DNA from: Phoronis australis | Taxonomy: Eukaryota; Animalia; Phoronida | Length of the DNA stretch: 64,000 nt | Direction of reading: 5' to 3' | Assembly: GCA_002633005.1 (NCBI GenBank) | Contig: NMRA01000316.1 | Coordinates: forward strand, 181,581-245,580 | Shown here: positions 1-10,500 of the stretch, in pieces | Position numbering within the stretch: position 1 is the stretch's first letter | How the letters are laid out: the number at the start of each line of letters is the position of its first letter | The notes under the pieces: generated by a model | The model's input: only the letters and a program-made list of their open reading frames with translations | The model's database searches: none | Told to the model about the DNA's origin: nothing | Position numbers and translations under genes: made by a program

Positions 1-690
1 CCACCACTAGATTTGTCTGGCAGTGTTTATTCGTGATACCTTGGCTTACGGTGAATATTTTGGAACTGGTTTTAGGCGGTTACCTCTTGGGTTGATCTAG
101 CTCAATTCATGTATTTTGGACGTGTCTGGCGGGGCTAATCCACCACTAGATTTGTCTGGCAGTGTTTATTCGTGATACCTTGGCTTACGGTGAATATTTT
201 GGAACTGGTTTTAGGCGGTTACCTCTTGGGTTGATCTAGCTCAATTTTTAACACTTTTTGATAATCGTCTGGCAGGGGCACCCCACCACTGAAATTGTCT
301 GGCATCTAACTGTTGTGCCATGTTCAGTGATGCTGAACATCGTGCAATGGGTTTCATACGGTTACCTGATGGGTTGATCTAGCTCAATTCAGGTATCTGG
401 GCGTGTCTGGCGGGGGTAACCCACCACTAGATTTGTCTGGCAGTGCTCATTCGTGATACCTGGGCTTACGGCGAATATTTTGCGACTGGTTTCAAGCGGT
501 TACCTCTTGGATTGATCTAGCTCAATTTTTGTACCCTGTATATGTTCGTCTGGCGGGTTCTCCCCACCACTGAAATTGTCTGGCAGTGACCAATTTTGAT
601 ACAATGGATGACGTAGCAGGTATCGAAGGCAGTTTTAAGTGGTTACCAGAAAAGTTGATCTAGCTCAATTTTTGAGTGTAATTATCTTGG
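1..690. repeat. Tandem satellite-like array, ~140-bp units, truncated by the window start
   Basis: Units start with CCACCACT at 1, 140, 283, 421 and 564 (periods 139/143/138/143). Each has GTCTGGC motifs and the near-palindrome TTGATCTAGCTCAA. There are two unit types (CCACCACTAGATTTG and CCACCACTGAAATTG). Confidence 0.95.
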
Positions 691-814
691 CTCCCCTGAC
701 CACACCCACCAGAGCGAACCTGCCAGACGGCCATTTCCAAGCATCAGGATACCCATAGAGCACTGTGGCACCAAAGAAAATTGGTTACTTTTTCATGCCC
801 AAAAAAGCTCTGGG

Positions 815-1357
815 ATCCCGGTCTATGCCGGCCGCGACGGGTCTGATCGGGCTCCGAGCCACGGGCCAGGTGAACAAGCGTTTTGTGCTTAGAACTCAAA
901 AAATCACAAGTCTAAACAACACAGATATAGGTTCTCCTGTCTGTATCTCACGGAAAATTTTTCGAAATTATCTCCGAACAGACCCCAAATTCCTGCTACG
1001 GACCTTATTGGCCCGCCGAACTTTGTAGGCTACGGTGTGTCCAACTACCAATAAATCCGTAAGAGCGAAATAAAACAACACGTTTTTATAAGAGCTCGGT
1101 GTATTTTTAAGCGTTTTACATCGAAGTTTGATGATTTTTTGGTGTTAAACGTTGACTTCAAACGATTAACGGACTCCAGTAACCCGTGTTGTGAACTGCT
1201 GAACAGACTGCGTTTGAAACCGATGACGTCATTGGATAATTTCAACACCTCCGTCTGCAGTCAGGTGTCAGGTAACGCAACCGTACGTGTCGTTATGGAG
1301 TAGAACTACTCGCTCTAAATTGATACAAATTAGGTTGTTTTTTGGGTGGCATGCTCC
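815..1357 (+). repeat. Dispersed repeat block A, copy 1 (probable transposon fragment)
   Basis: Collinear similarity to 17215-18143, e.g. TCCGAGCCAC, AACAAGCGTTTT, TGTAGGCTACG, ATAAATCCGTAA, AATTTCAACACCTCCG, TCTAAATTGATACAAA. Confidence 0.85.
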
Positions 1358-1823
1358 TTTACTAGCCTTGATACAAAGTAGCCTAGGTACAACGCTGTAT
1401 ACTAAATATACAGTTTTGCGCCGATGTGGGTAAAATGACCAGATAAAATATGACAAAAAATGATGCCTTTAAAAATGCACACGTATTGGGGACAAATAAA
1501 ACAAAAACAATAATATATAGTTTAGGTTGTATTGGGAATATCAGGGTCACAGCTCTACAAATGAATATCATTCTTTGAGTAAAGATAGGTTATTAAATGT
1601 TCTCAGTCGTTATCTCCCGTATTCAAGAGCCCGAATAAATTTTGGAGAATTATCTCCAAAATCCAGGATAGCACAAATATATCAGTTTATTCCAGAACAT
1701 GGTTTGCCCGCGAAATTCGTTTTTCAAGCTGAGATTAGTAAATGTAGCATTGAACGCGATAACGCCATACCGAAAAGGACGAATTTTGTATCAAATGAGC
1801 TCGAAGTCGCCATCATCTCCCAG

Positions 1824-2252
1824 CTTCCGGTTGCATGAAACAGTCCCTAATAGGGATTCAACTAGGTACCCTAATACTACTGCGTTTCTGTGGACTTGTG
1901 ATAACACAGATTGCCTTTTCTTATGTTGTTTTAGTTCCATAACAAAGTCACCTTTTGGCTTTGATACAAATGGAGAGTGAACTCCACGGTGAATATCGAA
2001 AATAAATAGGGATCTTTTCATGCAATCCCCCTAAAGGAAGGACTTAGTCCCTATTTATTTGCATTGAAATCACGGCTCAATTCTTAGTTATGTTACTAGA
2101 AAATGCCATTAGTCAACGAGGAGCTCATTCTAAAAATGAAGTTATAGAAAAATATTACATACATGTAGGTGAGTATAGAAAGCCACGAATGGGCAAAATA
2201 TTTTGGGAACTTAGTTGAGTCCCTATTTGGAATTGTTTCATGCAACCCGTCA
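1824..2252. mobile_element. MITE with ~40-bp TIRs, flanked by CAG/CAG (PIF/Harbinger-like, inferred)
   Basis: Left arm CGGTTGCATGAAACAGTCCCTAATAGGGATTCAACTAGG versus reverse complement of right arm CGGGTTGCATGAAACAATTCCAAATAGGGACTCAACTAAG. CAG occurs at 1821-1823 and 2253-2255. Confidence 0.75.
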
Positions 2253-2359
2253 CAGATGTCGTAAAAATGGTATATGATGACGCAAGAGGACGATGTGTAG
2301 TAGAATGGTTTTCAGTTAAATTAGTGTAGGGGACAGGGTGAGGGTCGATTGACTCACAG

Positions 2360-2860
2360 ATTTTACGTGAACTGATACCGTTATTTTGCTCCTAAATTTG
2401 TGCGATAATATTCCTTGGCCATCAAATAGAGTTTCACCTATTGGACAGTTTCTTTCCTTCCCTTTTTTTCAATAAATTGTTCGTCTTTCACAAGACTAAG
2501 TACAGTTCACACCAAGTAATCGGAAATGGTTTTACTTTGTTTATATAATTTTTTTTAATATTTCTTTTCCTTAAACCCTGATTTCTAAGCAAATTTTACG
2601 TCAGCGATGTTTTCAACTCCCGAACGTTGTTATGAAATTAACGAATTGCGAGTTTACGTGTCACGAGCGTACTGTTTTTAAGCCAGACTTTCATTTCGTA
2701 CAAAAGTTGACGAATGATGCAAGAAAATGGCGTTTGTTCAATTGTTTTCAACATAAACCTCTGTAGAGGGCAATGTTAACATCGATTGACACCCAGGCTG
2801 TGTATGCACCCCGCCGGTCGTTGGTTACAAATGTTCACAAGTTTTCCTACTGTACACAAT
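2360..2860 (+). repeat. Dispersed repeat block B, copy 1 (probable non-autonomous DNA transposon)
   Basis: Similar to ~20765-21190: TACAGTTCACA(C/G)CAAGT, TCACGAGCGTACTGTTTT, ATTGTTTTC..C.TAAAC...TGTAG.GGGCAA. Confidence 0.65.
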
Positions 2861-3039
2861 TCATCACCGGAAACGGTTTCACTAATAAGTGTTTATATAC
2901 ATGTAACTCTACCAGCAAACCAAATTTTTAGCACTTTGCTTTAATCTCACGTTTTACCCAAACCATTCAACAGCTGCATACAACGTACATGTGTATACCT
3001 AGGGTATAATAAACAATGTAGTGCCAAGGTTATTCCTCC

Positions 3040-3475
3040 GTCTACTGGCTATGCTGCTACTGATGAAGGTGTTAGTGATGATTATGATGATGATGATGAT
3101 TATCGTGTTTCTGCTGTTGATGATGATGATACTGATGTTATTGTTGCTGCTGCTGTTGATGATGATGGCGATGGTACATGTAGATGATGATGCTTTGCTG
3201 CCTCTTCTGTTGCTGCTTCTGCTGTTGATGCTAATGCTACTGCTGCTGCTGCTGCTGAAAACGATGACGTTTCTGTTGCAGCTGCCGTTGCTGCTGCTGC
3301 CGGCGCTGCCGCTGCTCCTAATGCTACTACTGCTGCTGCTTCTGCTGCTGCTGCTGCCACTGCTGCTGGTAATGAAACTGTTGCTGCTTATGGTGATTGA
3401 TGACGACACTTCTGTTGCTGCTTCTGTTGCTGCTGCTCCTGCTTCTCCTGCCGCCGCTGCTCGTGTTGCTGCTGT
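3040..3475. repeat. Compound trinucleotide low-complexity tract (TGC/TGA/TGT)n
   Basis: About 430 bp of in-phase CTG/ATG/TTG triplets, which generate the poly-L, poly-S and poly-A ORFs. Confidence 0.95.
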
Positions 3476-4524
3476 CAAAAAACTGGAGATTGGGATGTCA
3501 TAGTCTGGAATACAATAGGCGCAATAAATATGGGCTTTCAGAGGAGTATGTATTTACAATTAGAATCAAGACCTGTAAAGGACTACGCAGGATGCTACCA
3601 GTTCCGTGTAAAAGGGAAACTGGAGGTTTAGGCTAGATGGTCTCAACATGTTCGTAAGTTAGACCAGAAGTTTTGTCTAGGAGTGGAAGGAAGCGACAAT
3701 TCGTTTGGAGACCATGTTCTGCTTATTTAATGTGAAGTGAAGATATGTTCGAGTCATGACAACCCTTTTCATGAAACTGTTCGGTCTTGCTTTGGTTGAT
3801 TCTTTAGTAGCTCTCCTTCATACTAAACGTTCTTAAAATCAATAATCTTAGCTTAGATCGAGACGTAGCCTACTACGGAGTCGGATTCTGATCATTTTGG
3901 TCTAAATTACAAACCTATATTGACATCATCACCAGCTATTCAGCATAAATACATGTATTCTATGTTACATGTATATTTCGTCAGGTTTTATATCCTATTT
4001 ACTCCAAAACAATGCCAAATTGGTGATTGCCTGCTTCCGATTCGGGAATCGTAGTGAAAATGCAATGCGTAATTGTTATTTTCTGTGCTGCATGGGCCAT
4101 CTATTAAGAAAAACAACTGACAGCCGCAAAACAGGGCCTCTAATACACGTTAAACCTGGGACCCCATCTCTCCACAAAAAGTGAAGTGTGGATTCATAAA
4201 TGCCTCATCCCATCAGGAAGTCGGAACCAATGTTGCATCACCATCTTTCTGAATTAGTTTTGAAAATAATCTTCTCCAAAGAAGGGTCATTATCTTTTCA
4301 ATCATGATGTGGACCATGAACGGAATGAAGTGTAAATGATACTACAATAGCCCACATTATTGTTGAAGATAATATTCAGCCCGAATTGTGGAACATGTAC
4401 AGTAGTTTCAACTAAATACATGTACAAATTCACCTATGATCGTAAACTTAAAAAACGTGAGCACTGTTTAGGCAAATAATGCAATGATAACTTTATACTT
4501 CTAGTCCATCTAGCGTTACCTGCA

Positions 4525-7500
4525 ATGACAGAACAAAAGCTCGCGAAAGAATCTGATGACGAAGACACAAAGACGCCGACGGTTGAGGCGCCGGCACTTC
4601 CCAACGCGAAAGAGACCAAAAACGAAGACGCGCCTAAAAGTGACTCACCCGGAGAATCTTCGAATGCTCCGAAAGATGAGAAGACAACTAACAACTTACC
4701 TTTCGCTCAGACTGTGAACATCTCAATTGTGACCAAAGAAGAGAAGAAAGACGAGAAGCGATCTCATATCAAACCCAAACTAAGGGTACCTAAACGGCCA
4801 GCACAGCTTCAGAAGGCAGACATTTCGGGATTTCTTCAATGTCTTAGGTGTATAATGATAGCCATGAACGTTTTCGTTTGGGTATGTTTACTACTGTTCA
4901 TACACAGTATTTAAATAAAAGCAATATTTGAACATGTATATATAAGACATACACTTGAACCGGTCTTATTTTCTTTTTACTAAAGTCATGTCTTGCCCAG
5001 AATTGTACCGATGATATTTGGCTTATTCCTCCTAACGTGTACTTTTCACGAACCACTCATTATTATATTCCTATTTGAAAACTTTCAAAATGAAAATTCA
5101 AAAACTGCTATTGTAGCCCTAGTGTCTTCAAGCTGGTGTCCAATTGTGCAGCTTATTACCCAGATTAACGTCAAGAGAACGATAGCGTCAGATGAAACTG
5201 GGTGATGTTTTGCGATAGCGGGGGATTTTAAGGGATCTAGTCTACCGCTTGACCAAAGTACATTGTAGACTGGTGAGGGTCTGTCAAAGTAGCAATGTTC
5301 GTTTAGTTGTTGGATCCGCGTATTGCTCGGCATTGCTCTATACATGTTGTTAATTTACTTCAACCCTTTAGGTTGCTGGCGTTGTTATGATAGGGGCTGG
5401 ACTACCAATTTTATTTGACTCCAGTCTTGTCACCCTGCAGACAATTATCACAGTGTCACCAGATGATAACTTCCTTTCTACTGCCGCCATTGTCATGACC
5501 GCCACCGGAAGTTTCTTATTCGTCGTGGGATTTTGTGGCTGCTGCGGAGCTGTCGCATACAACAATATTCTGCTGACCTGCGTAAGTGATTTCAAATCAC
5601 AAAGACAAAGATTATCTGTTGTGTGTGAATTGATTCATACATTTCACAACCTGGCAGAACGGATGGATATCACTGCACGTCTTCTGTTAGGTTTTTGCGA
5701 TGAGCTGCATGTTTATATGTGGTCGCATATTGCCGTCATCTCTGTCTGGGCGTCGGGGCGTCCGGGGCTGTATCTCCTAAACCCCTTATAGAAATTTGGC
5801 AAGTGGGTTCCTATGGGGTTGACGACAGAGGGCGACGAGTTTTGGACCGACCTGAATACCACTGTGCCCCCTAGTTCCACTTTTAATTTTTTACGTTTGC
5901 CTCTGTATCTTCAAAGATCCTCAACCGGTTTTCGGGAAAATTAGTATATAGGCATCTATTAATGAGTTGACGCTATCCTGTTGTTTTTGGATGGATTCGA
6001 GGCATTTTGCGCCATCTAGTGACCATTTTTACTGTTTTCGTTTCGTTTTGCGCCCATGGCTGTATCTCCTAAACGTTCTACAGTATCTTTATTAAATTTA
6101 GCAAATATATTTATATGAAAGTGACAACGGACGACGACTTTCGGACAGATCGGTGTACCGGTGTGCCCCCTAGTGGTAGTTTTACTTTTTTACGTTTACC
6201 TCTGTATCTTTAAATGTCCTCAACGGATTTCCATAAAATTTGGCACATAGACATCTGTTAGTGAGATGACGCTATCTTCTCGTTTTCGGACGGATTCGTA
6301 GATTGCGCCACCTAGTGGCCATTTTTGTTGTTTTCGAGTCTTTTTGGCGTCCGTCCCTCTTTCAACCAAGCCACTCTAAGGATAATTGTGAAAGTTGGCA
6401 TGTACATGTACAACTGTATGTTCTTTCTATAAAGGGGATGATTGACGATGATTTTCCAATGACTTCGAGTACTGTGGTGCCTCCTAATGGTGGTTTTATT
6501 TTGTTTGCACCCATACCTGTATCTCCTAAGCCCTCTGCAGGATCTTTATTAAATTTATCACGTGTATTCATATGAAGTTAGCAAGAGAAGACGACAACTT
6601 TTAGACGTAACCGACGAACACTGTGCCCCCCTAGTGGCAATTTCATTTTTTTTCATTTTCCTCTGTTTCTCTGAGATTCCTCGACGAATTTTAATGAAAT
6701 TTGGTAAATGGCTTTCGTTTAAAAAACAATATTTTTGGTTTTTAGACGGATTTGATGTATTTTGCACCATCTAGTGGCCATTTCGATGATACAAACAAAA
6801 CCCCCTAAAAGCACACCGTTTGCGATGCATTCGTGGGCGCATTTCAATCCTCCGCGTTGCTCTTATTTAAAAATTGCAAAAAGTAAATAGCAGTGCTCTT
6901 TGAATGTTTAAATCGGCGCATTATAATACAAATGAGCGAATGGATTTTCTCCAGCATCGCAGCTATTCCAACAGCATTGAGTTGTGGATGGATTCGCACA
7001 GGTTAGGCACATTCTAGTTTTGGTTCGCTCAGGCGATGGGGCATCAAATTCCCAAATGTTATCGTAAGAGTTGTCTCATATGTGTGTTTTACTAGTCCAC
7101 CCGACTGATCTGTGGCTCTGTACTTTGACAACAGTGATTTGACTTAAGGCCAGGAAATTTGTGGCTAAAATACCAAACGTGAACATTTTACTTGATTTTC
7201 TAGTGTCTGTTTTACTTTCGTAGTACTCGTCATTTCTGATCATGGTCATTCTCGTGGAGATGGCTGGTACAGGGCTAGCTCTCACCACATACGGTAAGGT
7301 AAGCAGAGATTTGTTTCTGGTAAACAAAAACTGAATTTTTGATCCTCTAAAGTACCTAAATATTCTTAGTCAATCTGGGGAATTATATTTTGATATGATG
7401 TGACAAAGATGTATTTTGCCCTTTTATCTGGCTAAAAAGCGCAAATCAAATGAAATCTTATACTCTCATCAAATCGTTCTCACTATGTTCTTTACCTTGA

Positions 7501-10500
7501 TAGGGTTCTAGTCTGTTAACAACCCACGTCACAAGCAACGCATACATGCACCTCTCAAAATTATTTTAGCACTATAAAACTGTGTGAATGTTGAGATCGT
7601 TTCGATGTTCTCGTTGGTAACGGAAATACGTGTAGAATCCTATCATGTTAAGGACAGTTGTGAAACCGATTTTATGAGACCAGAAAGACTAATTCCATTT
7701 TCAGCTACGCGTAGCTAAAGGGGACGAAATGCGTCGGAATCCAAAAAAATGCTTTAGTCGACACTGAACTAAAAGGATCCTCTGTTAGAGACTGGAAGTC
7801 TAACTTTGGGTAACTTGTTTGGCTAAGTTTCTGCATTCATACACAAAACGTACCGAGAGTGGCGTACATGAAGTAATATCCTACGAGACATTATTTCGCG
7901 TATCGACGAAGACCGACGGTCGAGGTCGACACGCGGAATAAGGTAGAGTGGGATATTACTTTATGTACGCCAATCGAGGTACGTTTTGTATTTATTCCAT
8001 GCGCTTCGAATCCCTAAGTTTCTTACAATTTTGTGGCAGATTTTTCAAATACTTCACCAAGACTGTTCACATGGCGGATCACATCCTATATATATGTACT
8101 TGCGCGTTTGGTTGCAAGTTTTCTCTTCTAAAAGAAACAGTTTTAAAATTAACGATTTATTTCTTGAAAATAGGTACTGTAGCAAAGATGAAAACAACGG
8201 CAACTGTGCAGTGAACTTGTAACATCTCCTATAAATAGTTAAAAACAACATTTAATATTTAATTTCCTAGAAATCGGCTCCTGAGTTGCAGACGATATAG
8301 TAGTCAGCAATTGAAAACTTAGACATAAGTGTTTCATAATTAACAGTTTTGTTCCAGATTTTACGTTTAGGACCTGGTTGCATGTCGAGTGTTAGCAACA
8401 TTAATGCAACTGTATCACTTTAAACTATATTCGCAAACTTTGATGATCGAACCGGCTAAAGACGCCGAGTCGACATTGACCTACCTTTTGAACTTTCCAT
8501 GTCAGAGGTCGCTGTTGATGTAGTGCGGGAGGTGAATACGGAAAACTTTATTACATGGCCGTATTTCGCTCGACAGATTCAACGCGCATGGGATAAATGT
8601 ACATCCCGCTGCTGATCAGATCGGGAAGTGTTTCCCGCTGTCAGGCACTTATTACATGTAAAAATACTGGAGAAATAATACTTTCGGGTGGTCAGAAATC
8701 GCAAGAGTCTGATGAAAGCTACAAGTACATGTATGTCGTAGTTTTGGAGCGCCAAGCCTCTATTCTCCTCTCAGTCCGTCCTCGCTTCCTTCTCTTTTAC
8801 CTCAGATGGGTGCAGCTGAACTCACACTAACTTTGAAGGACAAAATTTCGAATGCATATGACGCCACAAAGAACGATACGCTAGTGGTTCGAGGAATCGA
8901 CGCCACCCAGCTCCAGGTACGTTTTAACATCACACAATACATGTTTTTAACCATAGAAGTTTTGCACACTTCAGAGTTGAGTCTCAGTCTTTAAGCAGTT
9001 TACACGTGGATGGGCTACTGACAATTTTGCGGCCATTTTACAATGTAACCTTGATTTCCTACAGAGGCCCGGAACACGATAAAGAGACTATAGTACGTGT
9101 ACATTATTCAAATAGTTCAAGGTGCTCAACATGTATTTTTAACTTTGCTCTTAAAGATTTTGAATTTCTGTCGATGTCAAAGCATTTTACCTTTAGTTTG
9201 ATATTTCAAAATGGGTTCTGTCAACTGCTCGTCACTTCGTTGATTGTTCTCCCACAAGGTAAAGCACGTCTCGTTATTTGGTATGGCAAGACATAGATGT
9301 AGCACATTTTCCTGATATAGGAAATGTGACATTTGACCTTTGATATAAACAAAACAAGACGATTTCAAGAAGCAGCCAGCCCGGCTGCTTTGAGCGCATG
9401 CGCCGTGCATCTGTATATAGAGATGTACAGAATTTGAAACTCCATTGGGATGAAAGAGTTTAAATTTCGTTTGTTTCAGAAACAGTCAATCTGACGTTTT
9501 TCTCCAGAAATTCATGCAATATTCAAAGTGAATAACTCTCATGCTATCGTCCCCAAGAAGTATATGTACATTCGCCATGATCTGTTTAAAGTTCGTTTTA
9601 CGAGTTTTCGTGTTGCATGTCTCATTAACACACACAAACATGCGAGCTTGCAGACACACATGTATCGTATAGTACATATATTTTGTAGTGTGTAATCATA
9701 AATACACTAATGCACTATACCCTGTACTGGGTACGCCTGTAAGTTTGCGTTTATTAGTTAGCATTCTGTAGATAGTTGAATGCCATAAACCATATACTCT
9801 ACCGTCTATTTTTCGCCCTTTATTTCCAAGAAATTGAGAAAATTTAATGTGACAAAAATCCTGGCAAGTACATGCATGTATACTTAGTAGGAACATTTGT
9901 TCTACGGTGAGAGGACAAAGTTTTAGGAAAAAAAACAATAGTCAGAAAATGAAGTCACAAAGCCGGTGAATTGTTTAAAGTACTGTTTCAGAAAGGCGGC
10001 TTTAGTCTGAAATGTCCAGTGCATTCCAGGTCCAATTACGACCCAAAACACAAAATTAACTCACATTAACCTCACTCGAAGAGACACAGTTTCCCTTGCT
10101 ATGATAGCAATATATCTTACCGTCTTTAAATGAATTGAAGGACTATTTGAGATTTGTTCAATTCTGAAGGGTTGGTAGTCTCTCCATCAAAACTAGTTGT
10201 CAGTGTAGATGTTAAGTCTAGAGAGGGAATTGTATTATCTATGTTCACCACTTGATGACGCTCTCGGCATTCCTTTGTTCTTTTCGCCGAAAGTCAAATA
10301 TACGATTAATGTTCTCATCCTCGCCTTGTGTTTACTTGATTATATTTAAATAACCCACGAGATAATCCGTCAGGAACCAATATATGAAGACTTGGTAAGA
10401 TGGTTGACTTAATAGTTCACCAAATGAACTATGAAATTCTCCATTAAGTGGACTGTTAAAAGACAATTTACAGCGGACGGCACAGTTACTAACACATTTT

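Noticed and set aside
1-690. CRISPR-like repeat/spacer pattern
   Set aside because: The intervening sequences are homologous to each other, so this is a satellite.
2999-3636. Poly-Leu/Ser/Ala ORFs as membrane or secreted proteins
   Set aside because: They are by-products of a trinucleotide repeat, with no domain or splice context.
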